From: Geosiphon pyriformis uo1
Taxonomy: Eukaryota > Fungi > Glomeromycota
Assembly (NCBI GenBank): GCA_016748015.1
Contig: JAAOMT010000226.1
Span: 478,604 to 542,603 of the forward strand
DNA length: 64,000 nucleotides
Reading direction: 5' to 3'
The notes beneath the pieces were generated by a model that was not told the origin of the DNA, did no database searches, and saw only the letters and a program-made list of their open reading frames with translations. The first letter of the stretch is position 1. Each line of letters opens with the position of its first letter. Positions 15,050-30,559 of the stretch are shown piece after piece. A program made the translations under genes and the position numbers.

Positions 15050-18000
15050 ACATTTTGGACTTTTTGTAGTTTTTATAAACTAATAACAAATGTTTAATAA
15101 TGTTAGGCAATTTTATACCATTCTGAATTATGTTCACGATCTTGAAAGCTTTATTATCATTCAAAATTGACTATTTTTTAACAAGACAATCGAATCCAAA
15201 CATATTACTTAAGCTTAATCTCTTACTTACCTTGGCAATAAACAATTCTTATTCATAAAACTTAGAAAACAGTCTGTTTTTTAAACACTGAAACTCACTG
15301 AATCAATGTTTAGAAAATATTGCATTAGCCAACTCCACTATTATTTTCTCCAGCAAACTTTACATAGTATTCAAATTAATATTAGCTTTAGCATCTGAAA
15401 ACTTATTTTTTACTGCCAAAAGTTTGGTAAAAGAATATTCTCTGAAATATATCTATTTGGTATTATTTGTATTCTTAATTTTGAACTTCCAATTATCTTT
15501 ATTAGCTTGCTTGTACATATCATTTAAACAAACATTCAAAAAACCACTCAAACCAATTAACATTAGGACAGTCTTGTAATTAATGTTAAAAAATATAAAT
15601 ACAGAATTAACACTATAATCAAAAACTACAAATAATAAGCTCTTATTTACAAAAATGTAATTTATAACTTTTTCAACATCTCTTAAGTTGTTTCAAGTTA
15701 ATACTTTGGCTAAAAAATGTCTACCAAATAAGTTGATCAAACTTAAATCCAAACAGAATTTAAAATTCATACTTTTTTCAGACTTATTTTTGTTAAAATT
15801 TTTATCTAAGACTACAAAAGTACTAAAGTTAACAGCATTAACAATAAAAAATTTAACTCTAAAGTCTGACCAAACCAAGTCTCAATAAAAACACTAGCAT
15901 ATAAATCTAAAACCACTAACTGAGAGTTTGCTCTTAAAAAAAATTATATTGAAATAATACAACTAAGAACTTCTTCTATCTTTAAAAAATGTCAAGCCAA
16001 GAAATTGTTTATAACAATAATTATACCAGCACTGAAAAAACTCATTTCCAAACCAGATATAAAAACTCATACTTTATCAAACTTATTTGCAATCTATGGC
16101 TTAATACTAGATCTTAGCTTTATTTCTGTTACAAAAAAAACCATATTCCTTAATTTAATATGTTAACAAACAATATTTTTTACTTAACAAGAATGTTGAT
16201 ACTCCAAACATTGCATGTGGCAAATTTCCAGACCAAATTACTTATTGAAAAAAAAAGACACCAAAGAACTTAAATTAGTATACAACTAATCTAATCTTGT
16301 CAAAACTGTATTAATAGAAATTTCAAGAGCCACCATTTTAAATTTCAATTCATCTATCTTGGTGGTTAGAATCTTAGATCTACTTATATCCAAATTTAAA
16401 ACCATATTATTTGCAACTGAAAGAAAAAAGACAGATAACATAGGTGAGTTATCCAAAACCATATTTAAATTCAAATTTGATTCTGAAAAAACAGACACAG
16501 TAAGAGAAAGAGATTAAAAAACAAATACTAAGAACACCAAATTCATAATATTCAATTTTTGCAAAATGCTAAATACTTGATTAGCCAACAGCTTCAAGGA
16601 ATATTCTAGAAAAATCAAGCAAACACTAATAAATAAATTATTTTAAACAACAAATAAACCTTTTTTATTATGTAATGTATTAGAAAAAGAGAAACCAAAA
16701 TCAGAATCAAAGCAAATATTTTTAGAAAATATAGCAAACAAAACCATTTGGACCCAAAATTTGCTATCAAAGGTAGCAGAATAAGAAATAGGAACACTTT
16801 TTCTTATATATAATTTGGCTAACTAAAGGCAATCTGCATTTAAAACTATTTTTTTAAATGGCTTTGAAAGCTTAAGAGTAGATACATCTGTTATATTACA
16901 TTCTAAAGCAAAATGTTTGAACTTTTCATATTTTTTATATCAAACCAAATTTATTTTAATTCATAAAAATTTTATACTACCAAAAATTGGCTTTGTGTAA
17001 AAGATAAACTCTAGCTTTTCATTTAATTTAAAACTAACTACAGCATAGTGCACTTAATTGTTAGTTTTAAATAAGTGATTAATAACACAGATTTTTCTAC
17101 CAGTTCCTTCTAACAGAATACTTAAATCATAAGTTGTCATTTCTATAAGCAAAATAAACAGAAGCACTTTGAATTAATTCTTAAACATCTAAATATCTCA
17201 ATCTTTTATGGTCTTTGCCATATGTAACGAATCTTTTTTAATAAAAAATGACTACTTAAAAACCAGATATTTAATTTGTTCTAATTTAATAAATTCTATC
17301 ATAGTCTTTTGTTATAGCCCAATAAATTGCATTTTAATAAACATATTCTGATCATATTTAACAACTGTAATAACAATTATTTCTTTTGGCATGTTCATGA
17401 AAATTTTTTTAATTATCACAGCTCAATTTAATTTGATTTCTTGTTTTTTGAGATTACTATTTACTTTTATGTTTTTTTTTTGGCCAATAATGCAGTCTTC
17501 TTCATGTTTTTTTCTAATATAAACATAAATTTAATGATTTTCTCAAATTTTGAAAAAGTAATAGCCTTTCCAAAATTATTGATTATTAAAAAAAACTTTC
17601 TAATTAACTGAATTTTTGAGATTACTAATTTGTTTTCCACAGTTAAAAATTAATATCTAATGCAAAAAATTTTCTAACTATCATTTTAATCTAATTTTTA
17701 ATTATTTTTGAATCAATCCATCTTTTGTTAAGAGAGATAAATAGGCAAAAAGAGAGAAAAATCTCTTTATTATCATCTATATTAAAGACCAAAAAGCCAA
17801 TTGAAGAACCAACTACAATATCAATGTTAATTTTTTTTACTTTAGGTGTATTTATTTTAGAATTTGATTAAACTTTATTTTTATTACTAGTATTATCATT
17901 TGTATTTATACTAGCAAATTAGTCAGCAATCTTTTTTGAATTTCCAAAACTTAAATCTGCTTTATTATTAAAATGTTTGATATTGTCAAATGATGACTTC

Positions 18001-18190
18001 TGCTTTTGAGCCAAGTTTTCACTAATAGAACCTAAAACTACAACTCTAACTAACTTTTTTCTAACATCAAAACCACTTATAATAACAGTCAGTTTAACAA
18101 TAAAAGAGTTTAATATTTAAAAAATAGTGAAATATGCAATAATAAAACAGAAAAAACTTCTTTCAAAATTCTGAACTCTTTTTTAAGAAT
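15050..18190 (-). pseudogene. LINE-1 copy 5' part: ORF1 (~16270-18100) and APE-endonuclease start of ORF2 (from ~16246 leftwards)
   Basis: Minus translation NLVWKFATCNVWSIN..K and VTEIKL match the APE endonuclease N-terminus (xxNVxG, ETK). Homologous to the plus-strand copy at 28500-34986. Confidence 0.75.
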
Positions 18191-18199
18191 TTATAATGA

Positions 18200-19300
18200 A
18201 GGAGAAAAAGAAGTTTTTTTTTTAAATTACTTTTTAATTATTTTATTATTATATAATATATATTTTTTTTGCTTATTAGCATATATATTAATTATAACAA
18301 TATTTTATAATATTTTTAAAATATTTAATAAAGTCAATATATAGTTTTTAAGCAAATTATTAAATTATTTTTTTTAATAAAATATTTTACTTATTATATT
18401 ATTATTTTATTAAATATAAAGTTTAAATTTTTAGTTATTGTTTTAAGTAATAATAATAATATATTATTGAAAATTGTTTTTTTTTAGTTTTTTGAATTAA
18501 CAAATTTTTAAAAAAAATTTTTTTTTTTTAATGTTTTATAATATAAATACTTAAAAACTTTTAAAGTTTTTATGTTTGTTAAGATAATAATTTTTTGTAA
18601 TTATATATAAAAAAAATTTAGATAATAATATTAAAATTAAAAGCCAAATATGAAAAATTATATTTATTAAAAGTAATTCATAATAATTTTATAAAAGTAT
18701 TAATAATATAAATTTAAATTATTTGCTTAATATTAATTTGTTTAATATTAAATATTTAAGTTATTTTGGTTTGTTTATAGTTTTAAAATTTTTTTTAATA
18801 TTTTTAATATATAAAACTGCATTACATGTAATTTGTATAAGTTTATAAATTTATTGTATAGTGTTTAATAATGTCTTAACATAAGGTTAAATGAATAATT
18901 ATGTATAAAAAACACATAATTTTGCTTATTGTAAAATATATGTGTTTTATATATATAAATAACAAAAAAATCTTACTTTATAAAGAAAAATTATTAGGTG
19001 TTTTTAATTAAAAATATAGATAAGTATTTATAAACTTAAGTCCAAATAATTGGTTATGTGTTAAAAATGCATAATTTAGCTTTATAGTAATTTTATTATA
19101 ATTAAGATAATTAATGAAAAGATCACATTTGGTTAAAACATTAATAATATAATAAAATTAAAAAATTTAATATGTATATTAATACAATAATAATTCATCA
19201 AAAATACATAGATAAATATATAATAAAAAACAAATTTACCAAATATTTTATAATAATAATAATAATAATAGTTAATTAATTTTAAAACTGATTTCCTTAT
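18200..19300. other. Extremely AT-rich low-complexity tract
   Basis: Almost no G/C and no ORFs in the track. Confidence 0.8.
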
Positions 19301-20428
19301 ACACTTTATTATTGAATATTTGATTTTGGTATAATTATTTCTTAAATTCCTGTTCTTTAAAGCCTGTTACCAAACACGTAAAAAATTTATTTTAAAATCT
19401 TAATTAAATTTCGGTTATCAAACCATTTTCAACGTGTCTAACTTAAATATTAACCAACTATTCAATTTGTGGTTGATTCAAAGGGTTCAGTTTATTGAGA
19501 ACATTGTTTTATTTCCAATAACTCTGGTTTCAATTAACATGTTGAAGTTGAATGTCCTTAAACACTTTAAATCGATATGTATACACATGACAACCAGATA
19601 TCTGAAAAAGTTTTCAAGTTAGGAATCATCATTTCATTTGAAAAAGGAAGAGGAAAGTTTAAGATAACCAACGGAACTTCAATTTTCAAACGAATCTTGT
19701 GACACGTTTCAAGAATCGGTGATCTTTTTAATTTAAAATAACATAAAACTTAACAAGTTTCTGTACTAGTTTTTTGTTGTTCATAATTTTTTTTTCAAGA
19801 GGGCGTTAAAAAATATTTCGAAGGATTCTAAGGAACAAACGGTTTATCAAAAAATTCCGCTATGATCAATAGATGATGAAATAAGGTTGAGGCTAAACGG
19901 GTGATTCTAGAGATTCTTGAAGCCAAGCCTCATCCAGACTGATGCAAGCCACAAGGCTTGGACATTTCGAAATAAAAAGTCGCGGCTTTAAAAATAGTAC
20001 TTATAAGAGGGGTTAGATTAAATTTCAAATTATCCCTAATCTATATGAACCCAACAGATATTTCGCAAAAAAGAACAGATGGGATATCTTTTATCCTTTC
20101 CGACCAATTTTTAAGGGATCCAATTCCGTTATCCGAACTCCGAGTAACATACATTATGTGATAATCAAGGTTAGATCAAATATAGCTGTGTGATATCAGG
20201 AAAGTTTCAAATAGAATTCTCTTGATACCCAGAAGTTCTGGATTAATTGATCTAAAGACAGATTTTCATATTTGGTGAAACATTATATATTTCTGGGTAA
20301 TTCATTGCCGGACCTTTAACAACCAGACACATTTTTTATGACCAATTGAATTAATAAAAATCAAATGATTTCTTTGATGATGAATATATATAAAACTTTT
20401 AAATAAAAAAGACGCATTGAAAATTTCA

Positions 20429-20601
<173 letters not shown>

Positions 20602-21839
20602 CACTAAGTTATAAAAGGAAAATTTTTAAGAATAATTTGGCAAGAATCTACTTTTATTCCTGATATATACCTTTTTTTGTGTGTAATCTATAACGTAACG
20701 TTTATTTTGGTTAAAACTGGACAAAATTCATCACAAGCATTGTCTGTGTTCCCCTTGATTTCATCCATCCAAGCACGTTGTTTTTAGTGTCGTAATTTTT
20801 TTCCTGCATGATGCAAGTAGTTGGACCATCAATTGATTCTTTTAAACACCAAAAATATATATGCAAAGCTACAATCTTGAATTTCTTTCTATTAGTCATT
20901 TCTGTATAACATTGTTTTTTTATTAAAAAAAAAAACCCTAAAAAATTTTTGCCTTTAACAAAAATATTAAAAAAAGCTCGTCATTTTGGAAGTGTTCTGA
21001 ATTTACATGATCATATGATCAAATTAAATTAAATACAAAAAAGCAAAGTCACCCCAAGCCTTTTTATTTCTAAAATTTTTCGTCTATATATTGAATTATC
21101 ACAGCTAATCATTTGACAAATAAATCATAACAATTGATATCACTCTAAGAAAAAATTGGTGTGATTGATTGATACAAAGCTAACAAATGGGCTAATTTTA
21201 GCGAAACACAAAATAATCAACAGTTATTATTACCCTTTAGGAAAAAAAAATTTATATTCTAAAACATTTTATTATTATTATTATTATTATTATTGTTATT
21301 ATCATTTTTACTATTATTAATATATAAAAAAGGTCTGAAAAAATTTCCTCGTGATTTTTCTCCTTAGTGTTATTGGCTTTTCTACTATTCTTTATATTAC
21401 CGAAATTGTAAATCAAATTTTCCCCAGTTCAAACCATTGAAACTATACACACTATCTTTTCCTTGGCCTTTCTTCTTGTTTATGAACGTTTTCTTTGAAC
21501 TCCCCGAAATTGCAATTTTTACTCCGACAACTCTTCTCCTCTTCACTGTGTTCGTATGCTCATAGAATTAATAGACCACGGGTAATAAGATCTCTTTTTT
21601 CTTCTATTAGGTAGTCTCTTATTAACAGCATATTAATTATTTTTTTTTTGTTAATTTTTTAAAAAATAAAACTAATAAAACTTTGCTTTCATCCTTTTCT
21701 TGCTCTTTGCCGACTACTTTTTTCTATTCCTTTATTTCTAGTTTTGTTGCCTAATCAAAATTTCTTAACAGAGCTCAAAAGACTTTTATATAAGTTTCAT
21801 TAAAAGAAAAATAATCAGAAAAAAAAATTTAATTCAGTC

Positions 21840-23955
21840 ATGTATCACCTTTTTGAGCTCGTTGCTCCCGCCACTGCTCTTGCTGCAATATTACTTTTAC
21901 CATTCGGGCCCATCCTGTTTCCACGAACATACATCATATTCCTATTTATTTACTTCACAACCTTCCTATATATCTCGATAAATCACTTCTTCAAGTTTTG
22001 TATCACCGTTGGAAATATGAAAAGAAATATTCGACAGTGGAACGCTACTCAAGCTTTACGCGACGCTCAAGACGATAAAAATGGTGTTTCTTTAAAAAGT
22101 ACTGGCTCTAGTAACAGTGGTCGAACTTCACCTTCAGGCACTACAAGAAGTGGTTATACACCTGTCACGAACATGGTTGATACTTTGGACGAGAAACAAT
22201 ATGGCGAGATGGAGAGTGCTCTGACTTTATGCGAAGGTGACCGTTATATTCACGCTTTCGTCATTCCAAATTACGAGGAACCTGAACCATTATTGAGGGA
22301 TACTATCAAGAGATTGGCTCAACATAGGTAACGATTAATTCACAAAAAGATTGGACGACTTTCTAAAGAACCTTTATGATAAATTTCTAAACATCAAACT
22401 GGAAAACTTTACAATCCACAAGGAATTCTGAATCTTATTGAGGATTGCTAAGTTTTAGTTATATTTGATTATTTCATTTTTATTCTTTCAATAAGACTGA
22501 TCAAAAGACATCTTAAATGTGTTTTAGGAACTCAAATGATACCTACGTCATTGTACTTGCAATGGAAGCATCCGAGCAAAATCATGACGAAAAAGCTGCG
22601 AATTTGAAAAATACTTTTGAAGGTAGTTTTCGGGAATTCATAATAACGGTACATCCAAAAGATCTCCCTGGAGAAAGCCGTGGTAAGGGTAGTAATGTCG
22701 CCTACGCTGCACGAACGGCTTGCGCTGAACTGGTGCGAAATGGTTTTGACAAAAGACATGTTGTATTCACGATTACGGATTCTGATTCCGCCATTCCTGA
22801 ACTTTATGTCCGTCACGTGGAAAAGGCTTTGATAGAAGCTGAGGATCCCTTTGCCACTATATGTTCGCCACCAATCTTTTTTTCAAGGAATGCCTTGGAC
22901 GTTCCCGCCGCTGTTAGAGTAACGGATATAATGTGGTCTATAATGGTCATGCAAAATCTAAGCAATGGTAGAGGATTATCTTTCCCTTGTTCAACCTATA
23001 GTTTAAGCATGGTAATTATCATTAATTACTCTATTTTTACATCATGCCAAAGTTTAAATTGGAATATCATAATAATCCTTCCATTCTTTATATTCCAAAG
23101 GTTCTTGCAGAAAAAGTTGGATTTTGGGATACAGATCAAGATGCTGTTGGAGAAGACTTACACATGTGGCTAAAATGTTTCTTCAAAACAAATGGTGCCG
23201 CACGGACCGCTCCTATATTCGTGCCGATAAATCTTACTAATGTTCAAACAACGGGCTATGTATCAAATTTACACGCTCGCTACATTCAAGCTAAGCGACA
23301 TTATAATGGGGTTGCTGATGTAGCTTATACCCTGAAATCCACATTCAAAGGGGATGGTCGTCAATCTTCTTTCGATACGACATCTCTCCTATCGGGACCT
23401 CCACCATCACCAACATTTTCCAGCTCTAATAATAATAATAATAATAGTAATAATAATCGATCATCATGTTTAATGTCATGTTCCATTTTTGACAAGCTTG
23501 TGGTTGTTTTTCATGTACTTGAGGCACATATGATTCCGGCGACATCGGGCTGGCTCATGTTTGCCGCGGTTCCTCTCACACAATTCTTTTTAATATCCGC
23601 TTATTCGCCACTCTCTATATATTATCCAACTTTCCAGAACCCGATCGTCACTTCAGAGTTCTACGCATTCATGTTCTCACTGGTTCAAGTTATTGGCTTT
23701 CTATTACCGGTCCCTTTACTTCTTATGACAGTGTTATACGAAGGTTTACACCGTACAGTAGATGCCGAATTGTTCCGAAAAAGTTCGACAGAAGGACGAA
23801 CATGGAAAAACATTGCAGATTATGCATGGCTCCCAGTGAGCGCATGGCTATTTATGACTTTGCCAAGTACTTTGGCGTGTATGAAACGGTTAAGAAGGGG
23901 GGAGGAGAAATATATTGTGGCAAAAAAGTTTTTCACAGAAGATCAGACAAATTAG
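21840..23955 (+). CDS. Membrane-bound processive-type glycosyltransferase family 2 protein, 608 aa; exons 21840-22327, 22528-23011, 23101-23955
   Basis: Three ORFs are joined in frame by GT-AG introns (22328 GTAACG..TTTTAG 22527, phase 2; 23012 GTAATT..CCAAAG 23100, phase 0). Motifs FVIPNYEE, GKGSNV, TDSDS (DxD), GEDLH, QAKRH. Hydrophobic segments at both ends. No internal stops and CpG retained. Confidence 0.92.
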
Positions 23956-24071
23956 AAAAAACTTTAGGTGGGTGTTTTGAAATTTGTTCAAAAAATGGAT
24001 TTTTGTGGATTTTTATTAGGTTACCTCTGTATACATAGTTTGTGTTTTTTACAATTTTGGTTCTTCCTTTA

Positions 24072-24152
24072 ACTACTACAATTACTACAACTACTACAAT
24101 TACTACAACTACTACAATTACTACAATTACTACAATTACTACAATTACTACT
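24072..24152 (+). repeat. Tandem repeat of ACTACAATT/ACAATT units in the putative 3' UTR
   Basis: Directly visible 6-9 nt units. Confidence 0.9.
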
Positions 24153-25849
24153 TTAGAGTGGCATCATAGTAATGCACAATAATAAATCAACACACAAAAC
24201 AGGACTCTAGGTCAACTTTTCTTCACTATTTATTGTGGGATTTTGAGCAATTCTTTGATTTTAACGTTTCAATTCTCAATCCTGTTGAAATCTCTGTCCT
24301 TTTATTAATGGATCCACTCGACTATTTGTAATTTTTAAAACAAAAAAGTATTTTTCATTTTTTTCAAAACTTGATGATTACTTATTGCCCGTTTTTAAAT
24401 TAATTTTTTATCACGAATTCCTAACTTTACTACCATCATAAATAAACCATTACCACCATCACAATCATCAAATTAACTCACCCTTTGCCGCTACAAACAT
24501 ATTTTCTCTTTCTCTCATCTTTTGATTCTCCCGCTGGGAAGAAAAATGCCACAAGAAACAATGAATAATTTTAAGAAATACGCTTGCATTCAATCCAAAT
24601 CAATTGGTCAATGGCAAGGTCAAATTCGATCACACCCAATATTTATGACCATCCCTTAACTTAAACGAAAAAAATCTCCGATTTGAAGCACTCTTTTTTG
24701 ACTTGAAAATATTTACTCTGATCTTTACCCAAAGAGGTTACACTTGGACTCTTTAGCCAAACATTTATTCGTTCTACCCAATAGTCTCACGTCATATAAT
24801 CTCGTTGCTATTGTGTAAAATTACACCTGTTAAAAAGATTAATATATACACTATATAATCAAAGTAAATATTGATTCACTAACTGTTCTTGGAATCCCGT
24901 CGAAGAAGTTCATCGTTCTTTTTTTTAAGATGGTCAAAATTGGCTATTTTTCCGACGGAAATTTAATCACAAAATTTGAAGTTTTTGAATACCTGCATAC
25001 ACAAACAGCTCAGAAAATCAGTAAACTTTACCAGCACATTATTAAAATCTGTGAAATGATAAAAAAGGCTGGCAAAAATACCAAATTGTCGCTTATGGTA
25101 GATGGATTGTTATGAGTTAACAAGCTTAAAAGAATAAATGAGAATCTAGGAAATAACATCGCTGCAGCCTGGGCTAGACTGGTAATGATCCAATCATGTT
25201 TACTCGTGTTATACTGTTTGTATGTGGTTTGCGGGGTGATCATACGACTATAGAATGTCAAAACTTTTTATTATTGAGTGAATCGTTTCTTTTTGATATT
25301 CCACGGTAGTCGTGTGAAAATTGTTGAAAGATTTTTGTTTCATTTACTCAAACCATTTATTTTGATTGAATTATTGAAGGAATTTCCGAGGTAAAATAGG
25401 TGATAGGTTTTCACTTGGGAAATTTCATTGACTAGGGTTTGTGAAGCTCGGAAAAACCATCAAAGGTTTGAATATTTTGCGACATGATTGAATGAATGCT
25501 ATTCAGACAGCTTTCCTTGTTTTCCGTGAACCTTATTTTAGTTGTACTGGACCCGAGTCATGAGAATATGGGATCTTGATGGGGATGATCCGCTGTTGTG
25601 AAACGCTAAGCTTGGCAATTTTTGTCCTGTCAAAAACCTGTCCCCAAACTTGTCTAGCCAATTGGCCTCTTTATTTAAAGTTTGTGTTAACTGTAATGTG
25701 ACTCAATTTTTGTGATTATTGGGAATTTTTGACGTTTAAACACATTTATTGCCGATTATAGCAAGAAGACAATGTATTCGTGAAGCTGAAGTGTCAGATG
25801 CTTTGAAACGGGTTCAGAGTTTAAAATCTATAAACGTTACCATTTTTCA

Positions 25850-28500
25850 AACACACAATATTAAAATTTTGAATAATGATCAAAGAATTTTTTGTTCGAA
25901 ATAATATTTAATAATGTGTTTTCAATATTTTTTTGATATCTAAAAAAGTTTACTTTTGTGGTTTGATTTATAAAAATAGTTGAACCAACTAATAAAATAA
26001 GAAAAAATTTTCAAATCATCAAATTATTTGAATAATTAAATGTTTTTGTTTGTAAATATTTTTTAAAATAATAAAAATTATAATTGATTACAATATTTTT
26101 TTCATAAAAATAAATAATTAAAAAAACATTTTTTATATTTACATTTAATTTAATTATTGTTATATACATATATTTTGTTTTTATAATTTAAAATAATTTC
26201 ATTTTTATTTTAAATATTTAACTACTTTGAATTTTTTGACTTTTTTAATTAATGTTTAAAATCATAAATAATTTATTTTGTTAAAGTAGTTTTAAATATC
26301 TGTTTATTATAAATATACTTTTATATTATTTTTATATTATTTTTTTATAGATCATAATTTTTTTTTCTGTTGCAATTTACATATTATATAATTTGCTATA
26401 ATTAATTATAATTATGAATTAATTTTTAAAATCACAAATATTATTGATATTTTTTTTATTTTAAATTAATTATAACTTTTAAATAAAAAAGTAATTATTT
26501 CAAAAATATGCTTAATTTAGATTATTATATAAATAAAACATATCTCTATATTTATAGCTAAATTTATCTAAAAAATTACCAAAAAAAAGACCAATTTTAC
26601 CAAAAATCTAAGTTTTATAACAATAAAATTAACTAAATTAAACAGAATTTATAACTTAAATTTAAATAAACATATTTTAAATTAATATATCTTGACAAAA
26701 AACACATACAATAAAAAATAACAATTTTAATATAGTATATTAACTAATAAATTAATTGAATTTTTTTTTTAAATATAAACAAATTTAAAAATATGTTTTA
26801 AAACCCAAATATTTAAATTTTAATATTTATAATAATATTAATATTTAAAAATTTTTTATTAATATTTAACTTTTTTATAAAATATTGGTTTTAATAACTA
26901 TTTTATTAAAAAAAATTGGTTTTAAAAATAACAATAGTAAACTATAATATTAATTAATAATAAAAAATTAAGAAATAAAACAAATTTAATTATTAATTTA
27001 AAAAATGAGCCACACTTAATATAAGATCTTATATAGTTTTATGATTTTAGGTAATAGTTAGACTGTATTCATAAAACAATTAATAAAAAAAAATTTAAAA
27101 ATCAAATTATTAATTTTAAAAACTTTTTAAAAAAAGTTTAATAAGTTTAATTTTAATATATATTTTAAAAACAAACAATAAATAAAAAAATTAAAATCTT
27201 TAATAATATTATTAAACTTAATATTATATAATAATTAAAGAATTAATAAATTTACTATATTAATACTTAATAATATTATTCAATTATCATAATATTATTC
27301 AATTATCATAATATTATTCAATTATCATAATATTTTTAAATAATAGCAATTTATTTAACTAAATTAGAAATACACAAAAAAGCATAAGTAAAGTTTTTAT
27401 ATAATTATAATAAATACTATTTACATTAGAATAATTATGTAAATTTACAATAAATTAAATTCTATAATCAAAAATTTATTAATAAATTTATTTATATAAG
27501 CAAATTTTTATTTGGCAAAATAAAATTAAATAAGCTTTTAATAAAATAATATATATTTTCAAAAACTATTTTATTATTAGCCATGAAAAAATTCTTTTAA
27601 ATATTAATTTATAACAAAATATTTAAATTTATAGTATTATTAATAAGTAATTAAGTTAATTATTGTTTATATTATCTAAATAACTTTTTATCTTAATTTT
27701 TATTATAAATAATATTGTAAATATGCATTTTTTTAATTCAGTAATAATTACAAAAATCAAAGTTTTATTTTACAAATATTTAAAATTATTTAATTATTTA
27801 AATATAAAAATTAGAACATATTTTAATAATAAAATAATAACTTGTAATTTAACTAAAATTAATAATATTAAATTATAAACATTCATATTAATACTTATAC
27901 TTAAATTTAAAAAAAATATACAAATATTTTTTTAATAATATCTAATAATCTAAATTTTTAATAAATCTATTTGTATAAATAATTATTTTATTCAAAAAAC
28001 ATTTTTTAAACTATTTAATATAGTTTTAAACTATTATAAACTAAATAAATTTTTATAAAATAATAAAAATAACAAATATAAATTTCTATTAAATAGCTTA
28101 TTTATTTTAAAAGTTATTATAATATTAAATTATAAAAAACTGATTTTTTTAATTAAGTCTTTTTCAATAACAAAATTTTTTTAAATTAAAACAATAATTA
28201 TGTCTATTTAAAAGTTAATTAGCAAAAATAATATCATATTTTTTAAGAAAATAAATTACTTTAAAATAGATTAAATAGTTTAATATATTTAAAATAAAAA
28301 TTTTATTTATAAAATAAAATATATTTAAAAAATTATTAATATTATTAATAAAAAATTAAGTTATTAATTAACATAAAATTATTTTTATATTTTTATTATT
28401 AATTAATATATTATTTTAATTTATTACTTATTATATAATTAATAATTTAATTTATATAATACATAATTATAATTAAAATATAAATATATAACCAAACTTC
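25850..28500. other. Extremely AT-rich tract, containing an eroded family-A LTR end at ~28343-28480
   Basis: TTATTAATTAACATAAAATTATT resembles the A-LTR start GCTATTAATTAGCATAAAATTAC with G/C converted to A/T. A 19-bp unit is repeated ~3x at ~27281-27335. Confidence 0.6.
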
Positions 28501-30559
28501 TTTCTTTCCTATATTTCAAATTTTCTAAAAAGCATATTTTCGAAAAAAAGTTTTTTATTTTTTCTTGTTATTTCTTACAACCATTTTTCAAGCAAATAAT
28601 TTTTTTGTAATAAACCTGATAATTGCTTTAGATAGTATTATATCTAAAAAAAATACTTAAAAAAATTCTTTATAATTCTATTAAAGATTTAATTTTTCCA
28701 AAAGCAAAAGATTTTTGTTAGTAATATTAAGTATTTTAAAGATGAAAAAAATATTTTTTTAGTTAAATCTGGTATTGGTAGCAATATATATTTGAATATG
28801 AATAGTAAGTTTAATAATAATAGAGATAATAATATTTTATTTGGTGTTAGTAGTAGTTTTTTTCTTGATTTAGTAGCAAATACCTCTAAAGCTAAGAAAG
28901 TTAATACTAGTTTGATTTATGATTTCCTTATTGATTTAATTGATTATAGCATAAATAAAAACAAAAAACTTTTCTCTTTTTTTTTTAATATTTCTCTTGA
29001 CAAAAAATAAATTAATTCAAAAATTGTTAAAACTCAATTTGAAGTACTTATCAAAAAATATTTTGCTCTTAATATTAATTTGTCTGTAATAAAAAGCAAA
29101 TTAGCTATATCAAAAACTCAGATAATTAAAAAAAAATTTTTATTAGTTAATGGTTTTAGGAAAGTAACTACCTTCTCAAAATTTAAAAAAATCATTCAAG
29201 CATACAATGAACTCTCTCTATAGTCCCTCTGGTTATAGTCACTATCTTCTTATAATCACATTTTTTTAAAAACCAAAACTATTTATATATAATATTATCT
29301 TCTTATAGTCACTTTTACTATATATATCTCCTTATAGTCTTTATCTTCACAAATATGATAACAAAATATAAGTAATTTCTACTCTCTATAGTCACACTAT
29401 AATCATATGATATTAGATATGAACATCAGATGTCATTTCATATTTAATCAGACATATACAGTCAGAAAATTTTTCCAATTGTCAATGGAAATCATTTTTT
29501 TTATGGTAGTAAAAAAAATTAGAGAAGTTTCTGAAAACAATTGTAGAATATTAAACAAAATTTCTCAAATATTACAATATTCAATTACTCTTCTTTATAA
29601 GCTGCCACTGCCATCAGAAAACAATGATAGAACTATTATATCTGGCTTGTTGTTTGCAAGTATTATAAGAGTTTTAATAATAGTTAACATATGGTACAGT
29701 ACTGCTGCTCTTGGTGCTTTAGAGATTGATAGTGCTTTAAAGGCTGGTAGTGCTTTGAAGACTGTTGTTGCGAGTATTAATGAAGTTACTCTGGATCAAA
29801 TTTTGGCTAATAAGATTACTTTTTCTCCGTATTGGGAGAAAGAATTAACAGATCTACAAGTGAGAATAATGGCCCAATAGGATCCTTCAGGAACAAGTTT
29901 GTTAATGGTACATTGCTCAAGCAAATCAACTGGGAACGGAATTCAAATTTACCTTTTCTTAAAAAGAAAAATGTGACCAATAATAAAACTCAGAGCATAA
30001 GAATTCCGATATATATCCAATAAATACATTTTCACACCAACTTTGACATTTACAATTAAAAAAGAGCTCTATACTAGCAATTATATTCATTATTCGACCA
30101 ATATTTAGTATTAGCAAGTGAAAGTTTGACTAATAGTTTTAAAGATGTATTAAAAATCAACTTTTTTGGGGCAAATAAATCCGTGTTGAATGCTTTTCAT
30201 AATCCAAACATAATCACACAGAATGGAAATTCGGACCTAGACTCAACATATCATGATTTAAAAATGCCAATTATAAATAGTAATGCACCCAACCTAAAGT
30301 AAACAAAACTGTACACAATACAATATATTTCTAACTTCTTGAAGAATATTTATTAGGCTGTCACACAATTAACTTGATAAGCTTTGAAAACATGATTACT
30401 TAAAAGAGGTATTAGAGAGTTAATAATAAGTAATAGTTGTAATTTTATTAACAAATTTATATTTTTTGATGATCTGCTTCTTTACTTGTTACTGGAATTG
30501 GTTTCCAAGTACCTAACAATGTTTTTTTAATTTACCTTGCTTTAAAAAAGTCTATTTTT

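Noticed and set aside
19873-19942. Possible box C/D snoRNA (ATGATGA...CTGA)
   Set aside because: No terminal stem and no recognisable rRNA guide; such motifs are expected by chance.
21582-21741. Possible 5' UTR intron of the GT2 gene (GTAATA...TTTCTAG)
   Set aside because: Plausible signals but several alternative sites; untestable without RNA data.
24930-25261. Two short overlapping ORFs downstream of the GT2 gene
   Set aside because: No recognisable motif or splice model; likely spurious, though a small gene cannot be excluded.
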